Origin: Lingula anatina
Lineage: Eukaryota; Animalia; Brachiopoda
Direction of reading: 5' to 3'
Assembly: GCA_051362555.1 (NCBI GenBank)
Contig: CM120640.1
Location: 49,888,788 to 49,952,787 of the forward strand
Length of the DNA: 64,000 bases
In this document: one piece after another, positions 1 to 11,866 of the stretch
Layout: each line of letters begins with the position of its first letter
How positions within the stretch are numbered: position 1 is the stretch's first letter
Made by a program: the position numbers and the translations under genes
Notes under the pieces: model-generated
Database searches by the model: none
What the model was told of the DNA's origin: nothing
The model's input: the letters and a program-made list of their open reading frames with translations, nothing else

Positions 1-578
1 TATACTTTTCCCCTGTACATATATGATAGATGTATAGGCCTACACTGAACATGTTAGTCCTATATCAAAACAGCTGTCGCGGAAATATATATACTGTACC
101 GACTATAAAGATGGGCGGACAGTCTTGAGTGTGACATAATGAAGAAAAATGGATGTTTTACTGCAATAACAAATACATGAATTCCCCATAAATTCCTATT
201 AACATGTAATTTTAGGGTTATCCATGTATGACACATGTCAAATGCAGGAGCTGGCAATTGATGGGGTGACAGAGAGTTTTCCGCAGACGATATCCCAACA
301 GCGTTACTGTCAAACATCAAACGACACGATCACATTAGGTGAGAACAGCTGTTGTTGCTTAGTAATTTTTGGATAATATAAAATAAAAGTATTGTCCACT
401 TGAAAAAACAGATAACGTAAACATCTAGGTTTAATGCCACTCACGCATGCCACGCCCCCGCTCCCGCGCAGCTTCACATATTTTCCCCTCAAATTAACTT
501 ATACGAAAAATAGCTTAGATATTGTGAATACAACTTTAAGAAAAATTATTTCACGACCGTTTCATGTCTAATATTCAG

Positions 579-1750
579 GTGTACTTGGACCTCGCAATAG
601 TGCCGAAGCTGTTCCAGTTGCAACTTTTCTGAAACAAATTCCAGTGCCTCAGGTCTCTTTTGGGGCTAGTGGTGCTATGCTAAGCGACAAATTTCGCTTT
701 CCATACTTCCTCAGGTCCACTGCATCCGTCAACAAAGTGGTTGAGGTAATTATTCATTTAATAATTTTTTTGCACTCACAATGGTGGCTTTTAATCTCTT
801 AGAAAACCAGCCATTTCTGCTGGACAGTACTTTCTTATGCATTCTTACATGTCTTTTAGGTGGCGGTACAAGTTTTAAAACGCCTGCAGTGGGACTACGT
901 AGTTCTTGTTCATTCCAAGGACGGCGATGGGAATAGTGGTATGGAGACAATTAAAGACTATGCGAATCAGAACAAGATATGCATCACTGCCGTACTTTCA
1001 GTAGACGCGTCCTCGAACTCCTCGGAGCTACAGTCAGTGTTATCCAGTGCCCTTTCCACAGGAGCAACAGGTGTGGTGTACGTCGGAGATGCTGAGGCAG
1101 TTAAAAAACTTTTTCAGGAAGGGGGAAGTGGAAGAGTTAGTGACAGCGGGCAGTTACAATGGCTTGTCGTAGGAGGCGCCGGCCTAGCACTGAAGGGTCT
1201 TCAATCTTTAACTTACGCCCGGGGTGCCATTGTAGTAAAACCAGGCGGTCCTATCGTTACAGAGTTTGAGGATCACTGGGTTGCCATTAACCCAGAAAAT
1301 CCATCAAGTGAAAATCCTTTTTATAAAGACTGGTATATGACTGTTAACCAGTGCAAACTGCCAGGAGTGACCAACGCGCCATTTAGAAATTTGCCCACTT
1401 GCAACATTCCCTCCCAACAGACAAGAAGATCAGAGTTTGAACAAGACGCCCAAGTCCTTTCCGCCATACACGCCATCTTTACGTATGCTAAAGCCTTGAA
1501 AAACGCACAGCGTGCAAAATGCGGGGCCGGTGCCAACGGTGTTTGTGAACAACTGCGCCAAATGTTGGCAAATGAATTCTTCGAAAACTACCTGAAGAAG
1601 ACGAACTTTACCTACAGTTCAGAGGAGAAAATCCCGTCCCTCACTACTGGTATACAGAGAGTACGCTATAACGACCATGGCGATATTATTGATGTTGACA
1701 TTGACATTTTCAATTACAATAACAGAATTGGTAACTTTCAAAGTCAGCAG
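579..1750 (+). CDS. VFT module A (partial; exons 579-745 and 860-1750)
   Basis: VLGPRNSAEAVPVATFLKQIPVPQVSFGASGAMLSDKFRFPYFLRS; LQWDYVVLVHS; ENPFYKDWYMTVNQC. Confidence 0.9.
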
Positions 1751-4700
1751 GTAAGACTTTTTCTAAAGCACTATATCTGGTATAGTGCTATGAAAAAAGT
1801 CAGCAGATTAGACTTTTTTCAAAACACTATACCAGGCATGTTTTAAAAAAAGACAACAGTTCAGATTAACGAATATCAAGTTGGTTCTTTAAAGAACTCA
1901 AAAATAGTTCTGAGAAAATACAAAACTGGACAGCGAACGTAACATGATATTATGCTGCCTTTTTATTTGAGCAATTACACTACCCTATTTTCATAATAAT
2001 TGATAATTTTATTATCGTTATTGTGATTATGATGATTATTATTAATATTGCTTTAGGTGGGGCAGTATAAAGATGGATCCCTTCAACTTCGCACAAACGA
2101 AATACGCATGTATGGAGCGACAAAGAACTCTATGCTTTCGTCTGTCCCCACATCAAGATGCCCCGGTGGCACCTGCTTGAACTGTGTTATTACCCAGAAG
2201 ACACCAGAATATATGCACATAGCAGGGGACATACTGATAGGCCTGGTTACTTCTGTACACTCGAAAGGGTCTCTTGGCTCCGTTTGTGGTGCTTTAAACA
2301 CAGAAGTTGTTCAGAATATAGAAGCATTTAGATATGCACTTCGGCAAGTGGCATCTCGAAATATTCTGAGCGGTGTCACCCTCGGGGGACTCGTCCTTGA
2401 CGATTGTATGAACCCAAACGTGGCCATCTCATTGGTGACAAACATGGAAAGTGGACTCGTTACTTTAAACGACAGCTCTGGTCATGCCATTGATCCCAAA
2501 GTTGTTGACCTTTATTCTGGGGCCTTGTTCGACAACATTTCTCTACCCCTGGCTAGAGTTCTTACTGATTTGCGGAAACCATTGATAGGATATGCCGATT
2601 CAATTGTTGAACTTTCTGACAAGTCAGAGTTTCCTTACTTTGCCAGAACCATCCCCGCAGATGATAAAATGGCAAAAGCCATAATCCGTATTTTGAAAAT
2701 AATGAATTGGTCGTATGTGCAAACACTGCAAGGTGCTGACAGTTATGGGAGATCGGGGATGTCTGAATTAAAGAAACTTGCTAACGCTGAAGGAATATGT
2801 ATCGCTGGATCATATGAATTCGGTACAGACGGCAGTGCGCAGCAAATAGTGGCAAAACTCAGACAAAAAGTTGATGCAAGTGTTTTGATAGTATTTGCTA
2901 GCGCATCCGACGCAAGGGATCTTTTTAGCGCTATATCAGCACTTAACCATATTGGTGACTTTGTGATAATTGGCACCGAATTTTGGACAAATAACAATAG
3001 TATGATATCTGGTTCGGAAGCCGCTGCCATAGGGTCACTGTCAGTAGATCTGAAACGCTATAACTTACCTGTGTTTTCTAGCTACCTCCAGCAACTCGAC
3101 GTGACCAGGTACACTGCAAACCCTTGGTTTAGAAGCTGGTTCCAAGAATCTTTTAACTGCAGTCTTGATCCCAGTTACTCTGGTAGGCCACAGTGTTCTA
3201 ATCCTAGCACCACGCCCATAACTTCTGCCGACCAATTTAAGTTCGGTGTCTGGGATTTCAGCATTATGAATGCAGTCCATTCAATTGCGCGTGGGCTGCA
3301 CGAGACACTGAAACATTTCTGCGGCGACTCCTACAGCTACGTGTGCTCGGGATTCAGAAATAGCAACGAGAAGTCAAACATTCTTATACAAAAGATTAAG
3401 GAAGCAACATTTACTGACGAAAGTAGCAGACAATTTGAATTTATGGATGGAGAAGGAGATATGGACTATATTGTGTACAATTATCAAGGGACAGTGAATG
3501 GGTTCCAGCAGGTAATATCTTAATTTGTTTTCTAAATGTTCTTTACTTATAATGATACGTAATAGTTTCGCATGTTAAAAAAGATAAAGATAAAAAACTG
3601 CATGATATGTGCAATTTTAAACTTCTGCGAATGAATAGTCACATTTGTTCTAAATCACAGCCTAGCACGCGATATGTTTTAAGGATATTCAAAATAACCG
3701 CGTTGGTGTTAATTTAATTGATTATGTTCGCAAGTGTACCAACTCACAGGTAATGAAGGCCCTTTATTTGCAGGTCGGAGAATACATGGTAAACACGGAT
3801 ATTCTACAGTTGTCAGTCGATGCTGTCATGCTTCCCAGTGGTGCACCTAACTTCACCTCACAATGCACTAACGAATGCTCAGAATGTCAGAGTTTATACC
3901 AATACCAGCAATTCTTGTATGAGCCAGGTGACATTGTTATAGGTGGCGTTGCAGGTGTTCATATGCCTGGGACCACACCTTTTTCGTGCGGCAGCATTAA
4001 AACTGGCGAGGATCCAATGGATATACAAGTCGCTGAAGCAATAGCTTATGCCATAAAAGAAGTTAACTCCAAAAGAGCTCCCGCGAGATTGAGTGGAGCC
4101 ACACTCGGGTTACTTTTCTTTGACAGTTGTAACAGCGCAGTTAGGGAGACGAACTTAATTTCAAGTGTGCACTCTGGAGCTCTTAGTCTGAGTAAGGCTG
4201 GGAACAAAGTGGATCCAGGTGTAATTCATGCTTGGATTACCAGCGGTAGTGAGGCATCAATGGATACCCAAGGTACTTTAGGTTCTTTGGGCGTGGTGCA
4301 AGTTTCACCGTTTGCGACGTCGACAGAGACTAAGAATAGTATGAAATATCCAACACTTTATCGGACAATTCCTGCAGACGATCGCCAGGCTGGTGCTATG
4401 GCTAAGCTGGCGGAATATTTTGGATGGACATCTGTCCAAATTGTTTCTGATGCTACTGCGTACGCCAAAGCAGCAGTGAATGCCTTTAAAAGAGCTGCAG
4501 AGGTTTCCGGTATCTGTGTCTATGCGACCCATGAAATAGGCCCCCAAAATGGCGCCGAACAAATAGTTCAGAGTCTTCTCATTGCTACCAGAGCTCGGGT
4601 AGTGATCGTGTTCCTGGGCAATCCTTCAAAGTATATGAAGGATTTATTATCGGCGAAAGCTGCTCAGACGAACGATAACAATGAGTTGGTGTTTATTGGA

Positions 4701-7700
4701 GGCGATACTTGGGGAACATCCATTGATGTTATACAGGGAGTTGAGGCAATTACAGATGGGTCAATGACTATCCAAGTTGATGCTTCTTCAATAAACGGAT
4801 TTGACAACTATCTTCAGACCAAAACACCGAGTTTATCGAACAGTTCGAACCCATGGTGGGATGAATATTACCAAGCGCTTGCAAAATGTGACCTTCCAAA
4901 TAATTTCAAGTACGGAGTGTCATGCGCAATTCCGTATAACTCTATAACAAATCTTGTCCAGTATGAACAGAACAAGTACACAGTTCACATAACGAATGCT
5001 GTATTTTCAATCGTTCAAGCCGTGGAGTCAGTACTTTTAGAAAAATGTGGTCAAGCTTACGTAGGAGTTTGCGAAGCATTTAAGATAGATCCAAATGTAA
5101 ATGAAAAGATTGTTGCAAAAATGGCGCAAACGTCGTTCAGAGACTTGAGTCAGCAAATATTTTCCTTTCAAGAAAGAGAAGGTACCAAGGGATACAAGGT
5201 ATACCGTTACACAAACAGATATTATAGAGAGGTAAGTATATACTTGTCATAACTATGTCTCTGTCACAATTAGGCATAATCACATTGAAGTGATTTGTTC
5301 TGAAATTGAATATGGCTCAACAAAGTTACAAAGTACTTACATTGAACATGAGAGAAGTCTTTAAGTATTTATATTTCGTTTGCTTGACTTTATCAAAATA
5401 CGCTGTATTTCAGATTGGATCGTACGACGTAAGCAGAGATGTTATATCTATTACGGACAACACTGTAAAGACCTATTACCAGACCGTACAGGCTGCATGT
5501 GTAGGTGAATGCCAGAGAACTTGCCTTGGAGTAACTGCAGAACAGGAGCAGTTCTCGTTTATTGATGGTGATATACTGCTTGGAGGTATGTTCAACCTGA
5601 ATAATTGATTTTAACATTGAAGTCACCATCGTGTGTTTATAATATGTTGAAAACTGTATTCGTTTGGTTCAATAATGATGTTATATTTTTATTTAAGGTA
5701 TTTTTGACGTCACCAAAAAGGGAACAACTCCTTTCAGTTGTGGCGACATAAATGACAAGTACGGTTTCCAACTTCTCGAGGCGTTTAATTATGCGATTGA
5801 AATTGTAAACAAAAAAGAAGGACTATTTCTAAATAAGCTAAATGGTGTCACTCTGGGTGGAATCGGCTTAGACGCATGCGAAAGTGCCAACAGAGCTAGC
5901 ACTCTTATTGCAAACATACACAGTTCTAGCCTTAAGCTGCAAGGACCGAACAACAAAGTTATCAGCCCAAATATTATTGACACGTACATTGGAGGTTTGG
6001 CAAGTGATAGCACAAGACGTATGGCGGACATTTTGACTGTGTTTGGAATCCCTCAGATAACATATGGGGCGAGCACTATAGACTTATCGAACACAATAGC
6101 CTATCCCTATCTTTTGCGAACGGTTCCCGCAGACGACAAACAAGTACGGGCAATTGTTGCTATATTGAAACGCTATGGGTTCCAATATATCCAGATCGTC
6201 AGTTCGCGTGGCGAGTATGGTGAACCGATGGCTGCCGAATTGATTAAAATTGCCCCTGAGCACAAAATCTGTGTAGCCCAGCACCTCTATTTAGAGAGAA
6301 CTCTGACCAATACGGTAGACGTTGCTGCAGCAGATGTTACTATTAAACTTCTCAGAAGAAATGCTACTGTAGTTGTGACAATGCTTGATAGGCCCGTTTT
6401 GCAATTCTTTTTGTCTGCAATTAAAACAAACGCAGAGGCAGCGGGGAATTTTTTCTTCATTGCTACTAATACAATGGGCCGAGATATCGATATCATAACA
6501 GGCGTAGAATCTGAGGTTTTACGCTCTCTCTCTATTGGCATTGAAACAGCCGATGTACAGAACTTCGATCGGTATTTATACGACAAAACCCCAAGCAATT
6601 ACCAACGTAACCCATGGTTCAACGCGTACTACCAAAAGATCTTCAACTGCAATCTACCCGGAGAGACCGGTTATCCAAATGAATGTCTTGATACCAGCCA
6701 GCCCATCCCTCTGTCTAAGTCGTACAAACAAGATCAGTACATTCTGTACGTCATTAATGCTGTATATGCGGCAGCTTTTGGGATCCATAATGCTCTTGTG
6801 CAGCTTTGTGGGCAACGTTACAGCGGAGCTTGTGAAGATTTTACAACGGCTGGACAAAAAAGAGTTGAGATTCTGAAGGGAATTAAACAGGCGTCCTTTA
6901 CAGATGATGCCAACCAACCATTTGCTTTTACACAGAATGGCGACAGCAACAGAGGTTATTCGATTTTCCAGTTAATGGACCTCAACGGAGTCTACGACTT
7001 CCAAAACGTAAGTTATTTCATCACCAATTTTCAGGTATATTATAGTATTTCATAGGAAAATTTAAACTGTCGAGATCTGCTGTTGTTGGCGGACCTTGTT
7101 TTAACATTATTTGTTGCAGTTTGTTAACTACAGTCTTTCTAATTAGTGAATTGGCGAAAATTTAAGTATTGAAGACTACACAGATATCGGAGCTGACAAG
7201 ACAAGCTTTAATGTAAACTTGTATATTTTTTCAGATTGGGAGTTACAATGATACCCACTCTCTGAAGATTCGATCTGATATTACAGTCTCCTGGCAGTCT
7301 TCTTGTGGCACTAACGGATGCAGTGAATGTCCATTACTCGGCAACCAGCAAAGTCGATTCATGCAGACAAACACGAAGACTTATGACTTAAACTTACTAG
7401 CTGTCTTTCATCTACATGACATGGGTACAACTCCCTATACTTGTGGCCCTATGCAGGTCGAATCCGGCTTCCAGAACATGCTTGCATTTTTTTACGCAAT
7501 AGAGCAGATTAATAAAGACAACAATAAATTGTCTACAAACATTCAATTTGGCGGACTGGCACTGGACACGTGCAATAATTTCGTTCGTGCCCGTGCTGAT
7601 CTGTACAGTTTAATGAGTGGTCAAGGTATCTGTAATGTCGTACAAGGGCAGGACGTTATGAATCCTGCGACTGTTGTAGCAGCCATAACCACCGGCACCT

Positions 7701-10299
7701 CAGAAACACGGGCGGTTCATGATATCTTCGACCCCCTTAGAATTACCTATATTTCGCAAAGTGCTACAGCCGATGCTCTTAGCGATATAAATGTTTTTAA
7801 GTATTTCCTGAGAACTGTGCCGCCCGATAGGCTTCAGGCTAAAGCTATGGTGGAGGTCTTGCAGAAACAAGGGTGGAATTATGTGGTTGCCGTTCATACT
7901 GACAGTGAATATGGAACCGGAGGAGTAGATGCCTTCATACGCGAGGCTGGAAATAACAGCATATGCGTTACACAAAGACACAGGCTGAAACAGGACGCAA
8001 CAGACCAGGACGCTAGAGAGACGGTGAAAGAAATCGGAGAAGCAATCGGTGTCAATGTCATTGTGGTCTTTGCAAATCGATCCCATATTGCTCTTCTTCT
8101 CAAAGCAGCCAACGACCTGGGGGAGAATTACCGTAGTAGATTTATTTGGATAGGTAGCGACACGTGGGCAGACAGCATGAGTATCATACAAGGGTTTGAG
8201 GCCATAGCAGAAGGAGCAATAACTTTTCGTATAAGATCACAAACGGTGGATGCATTCAAAATGTATATGGCACAACTTCATCCTGGAAATACCAAAGGTA
8301 TCCCTGAGGACTGGTTCAATGAGTTTTGGCAGCACACGTTCTCGTGTAGAAATTCTTCTGCTGCATCAGTTCAGCCACAGTACACTAGACTTTGCAGTGG
8401 GCAGGAAAGACTGGTAGCTGCAAATATCGCACAACATCCTTACGTGCTCCACACGATCATAGCTACTTACATGATTGCTCAGGGAATGTCCACCATTAAA
8501 GATTGTGGCACCTCACAAGATGTGTCGATATGCCTGGCCCAGCAACAGGACAGATATGGTGCCATATTCAACGCTATTAGTACGGCCCAGTGGAACGTTC
8601 TTGGGCAATCCAATTTCACATTTAGGTTCACTGAAAGGCATGGTGATATTGGCTACCAGGTCCTTAATGTTAAGAAAAACGAGGAGCAACAGGGCTACCT
8701 GTATCAGGAGGTTAGTATGATCAATTTATTCCTGCTACGTTTGTGTGAAATAAAAAACCCTTTTAGAGGATGAAATATTGTTTCAAAAATTGTTTTAAAT
8801 TGTTTTTGTTTAGACAAAATTAATATTTCAATTTTCACTTCTCGCTTTATTAGCAAATCATTTGTAATGAACAGCGCCATGAAATAAGTAGCAACTCAGT
8901 AACTCATTTCACCATTTCAGCTCGGCACCTGGAAAGGCGTATTCCAAGGCGACTTGACTAAATACGTCGGCCCCGGCTCTGGCATAACAACCTCTATCTG
9001 TCCTCCTAACGTTAAATGTAGCTGTCTCACCGGGCCTAGTGGTGAAGGCAGTGACACCTCCACTGTTGATCCAACATTCCAGCCCCAGTACCAGCCACCA
9101 CCGGGCATCGAGGACAGATTCCTGAGCGTGAAGGAAGGCTACTGGGGCTTGATCATCGCTATATTAAGTGGTCTGGGGGCACTTGTCACCCTTATGTTGC
9201 TGTTCTACTTGCTGTGCTTTTATCCTGTTAAATCTGGAACGTCAGTTCTTGGCTACTACTTACTGTTAGGAATACTTGGTGTGTACGTTCATAATTTTGC
9301 CTACATATTCTATCCAACGGATGTTGTCTGCGGTATCAGGCGGTTTTGCCTAGGCTTGACATACGCTGTTTGCTTTTCTGCGCTTCTTCTTAAAGTTCTC
9401 AATACATGGAGAATCGGTGAAGACGACAGCCTCACAAAATACAAGCGCTTATCCAGTCCTCTTAGCTTCTTCCTGATAGCCGTTGCGTTGACTTTGATTC
9501 AAGTAATTATTGGAACAGAGTGGCTTATATTGGTTCCGCCGAAGTCGAATTATAAAATATACGAAGGGCAGCAGTACCCACGCTGTGAACCAACAGACTT
9601 CTACGACGAGGCTCTGATCATGTCCTGCATATACGTCATGGTGCTAATCGTATTCACCGCTATATTTGGAGGAATCACGTGGGATAATGGAATAAATCAT
9701 TACGAGTCCCGATGGGTACTTACGACGGCTTTGATAACAATTGGCATCTGGCTTATATGGATTCTTGTGACAATCTTTTCACCTTGGCATATTCGGGACC
9801 CCGCCATAGCTATTGTTAATATCATAAATGCAACTGCGATACTGTTATGCATTTACATTCGTAAACTCTACCTATTGACAAAATACAAAAAAGAAGTACA
9901 CCTAGAGAAGAAACAATTGAAAGAAACAGCAAGCATTAGAGGTAAGTTTTACTCTTTGTCATTCATGAGTAATAACTGTAAACAAAGGTTTTTGTTATTA
10001 TGCCAAATTTGGCTTACATGCAAGGAAAATCCTTCATGAATCTTTCGTATGAAATTTTGAATTACTAATACATTGTCATCAAGAATGATTTTTTGGTTTG
10101 ATATAGGAATGTGGAATTGTTTATTGTTCGTAATCTTTCAAGGTAATATTTCTGAGCATTTTTTCTCTTTGTTACAGATCCTGGCATTTACTCTCAAGTG
10201 TACCACAACCGAGCGTATGATAACGCTGAACGTTTGCCACACGAACAGCCTCCCCCTGGATACGCGTCCTCTAGTATCCACTCAAGATCACTGAGATAG
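579..10299 (+). CDS. Class C GPCR (mGluR/CaSR-like) with at least 5 tandem Venus-flytrap domains and one 7TM; 5'-partial. Exons: 579-745, 860-1750, 2057-3511, 3774-5231, 5414-5585, 5698-7007, 7235-8710, 8921-9941, 10178-10299
   Basis: All introns are GT..AG and the frame is continuous. Each module shows VFT motifs (GDILIG/GDIVIGG, LGGLxLDxC, FPYFxRTxPxD, NPWFxE/xWxxxFxC). The 7TM contains CGIRRFCLGLTYAVCFSALLLK, IQVIIGTEWL and NHYESRW. The first exon begins mid-domain (G|VLGPRNSAE), so earlier exons lie outside the window. Confidence 0.92.
2057..3511 (+). CDS. VFT module B (single exon, includes the preceding Cys linker)
   Basis: GDILIGLVTSVH; LGGLVLDDC; EFPYFARTIPADD; NPWFRSWFQESFNC. Confidence 0.92.
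3774..5231 (+). CDS. VFT module C (single exon)
   Basis: GDIVIGGVAGVH; LGLLFFDSC; KYPTLYRTIPADD; FIGGDTWG; NPWWDEYYQALAKC. Confidence 0.92.
5414..7007 (+). CDS. VFT module D (exons 5414-5585 and 5698-7007)
   Basis: GDILLGG|IFDV; LGGIGLDAC; AYPYLLRTVPADD; NPWFNAYYQKIFNC. Confidence 0.92.
7235..8710 (+). CDS. VFT module E (membrane-proximal, single exon)
   Basis: FGGLALDTC; FKYFLRTVPPDRLQAKAM; FIWIGSDTWA; WFNEFWQHTFSC. Confidence 0.92.
8921..9941 (+). CDS. Class C 7TM domain exon
   Basis: Seven hydrophobic segments, the TM3 Cys (VCGIRR) and ECL2 Cys (PRCEP), and a class C-like TM3 ALLLK. Confidence 0.9.
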
Positions 10300-10720
10300 T
10301 AAGAAATATTTTGGATAAATGTTGCTATAACTTTCTTGGTCCGTAAAATTATTTTTAAGAACGCGTTTGCAAAAAACTTAAAAATAATATATGGTTGAGC
10401 AATTTCGTGAATGACTTATACGAGGTAACATAGGGTAACTTGTAGCATTACCACAGAAAGCGTGTCCACACTGTTTTATATCTGGGGATGCTGATCAGGT
10501 TACTGTTTATTTGTATGACTCTTATTTATTCAAATGTGTAAAAGGTGTATATTTAAATATTTCTCCCAATGAAAAAATCAGATATATACTCGTTTTTTTT
10601 TACAGAATGTTACCTGCACCCTTTCCTCACGAAACCAAATGACACTCAGAGAAATTATGAGATCTTGTGTTTGTACACCTATGGCACATCCATCGAAAAT
10701 GTTTAAGAAGTTATAAGTGT

Positions 10721-10725
<5 letters not shown>

Positions 10726-10762
<37 letters not shown>
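10726..10762. repeat. (TA)n microsatellite
   Basis: Pure TA dinucleotide run. Confidence 0.95.
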
Positions 10763-10765
<3 letters not shown>

Positions 10766-11866
10766 GATGATAATCGCAATGTGATATTAATACACATATT
10801 TACCACGTGTTTCTTTAATAATTTTGAAGAAAAAAGAAAAAAAACTAAAAATATAGAAATGTGCAACTGAATGTCAAAACGTCTGTGAAATTCGCTGGTG
10901 AGTGTTTGTTGGCGGGCTATAGTACAAGTATTGACTATTAATTCTATATTATGTAGAGTCATCTTACTGACCACTGAGTGGGTATCAAGCTTTAAAAGCA
11001 ATTCAAACGGTGCCATTGTTTGTCTGGAATATTAAATATGCTATTTAAGTAGCTTTTCTAACCATTTAGTATCAAGTATTGTTAAACATTATCTAAACAT
11101 ATGTATGTATGTCTAAACTGATTTTATGTATCGGAAATTTTGTTTGGCAAATCTGTATTATGTGACCGTGGACGTTTATATACAGCCAGAATACTAAAAA
11201 GTCGGCAATAAGTTAGCAAAGCTGTTGCACAGAAAAATATTTTAATCAACACACCATTCAATACATATGCCTGTTGAAATTATCTAAGCGTGTTTATGGC
11301 ATAGTGGCGATACATTGCTCTGACAATGTACCATATATGTAATAGTATATTAGCAGTATCTTTGAACAATATAGTGCCCATGAAAATTTCGTTTTATCGT
11401 TTAACAACGGTAATAAAAACTTACGTATCAGGCGTCTGTTTTAACACATTTACTGCTGTACTTATAACTTCTTACTTTTTCCTCCCGTTTTCGCTCGTTT
11501 TCGACAATTAATGCTAAATAGGGTATTTTACGGGACACATTTTACAACTTTGGCATTGAATAGTAATGGAATGGGGACATGGCCTGATTAGTTATACATA
11601 ACATCTAACATCAATCAAATGGCATAAACTACCTTTGCATGGCCCCTGGTTAGACACACAATCAATGTATGCCGTCCTTAAGGTGCCGAACATATACATA
11701 TATATGTGTGTGTTAAATTACAAATGCTGGTAGTACCTTGCAGTATAATATTTTTAAAAACAATGATATACTTTAAATTATATAAAACAGGACATGTTAA
11801 TTATCCACAGCAAAACCGATAACTACTTCGTTAAAAAGCTGCTGAGGGAGAAAAAATATTCAAATA

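Noticed and set aside
1321-8191. Several minus-strand ORFs (66-163 aa) overlapping the GPCR exons
   Set aside because: They are antisense shadows of coding exons with no domain signal.
860-10039. Treating the large + strand ORFs as separate mGluR-like genes
   Set aside because: The ORF starts and stops fall in short introns, canonical splice sites join them in frame, and there is only one 7TM and no internal signal peptide.
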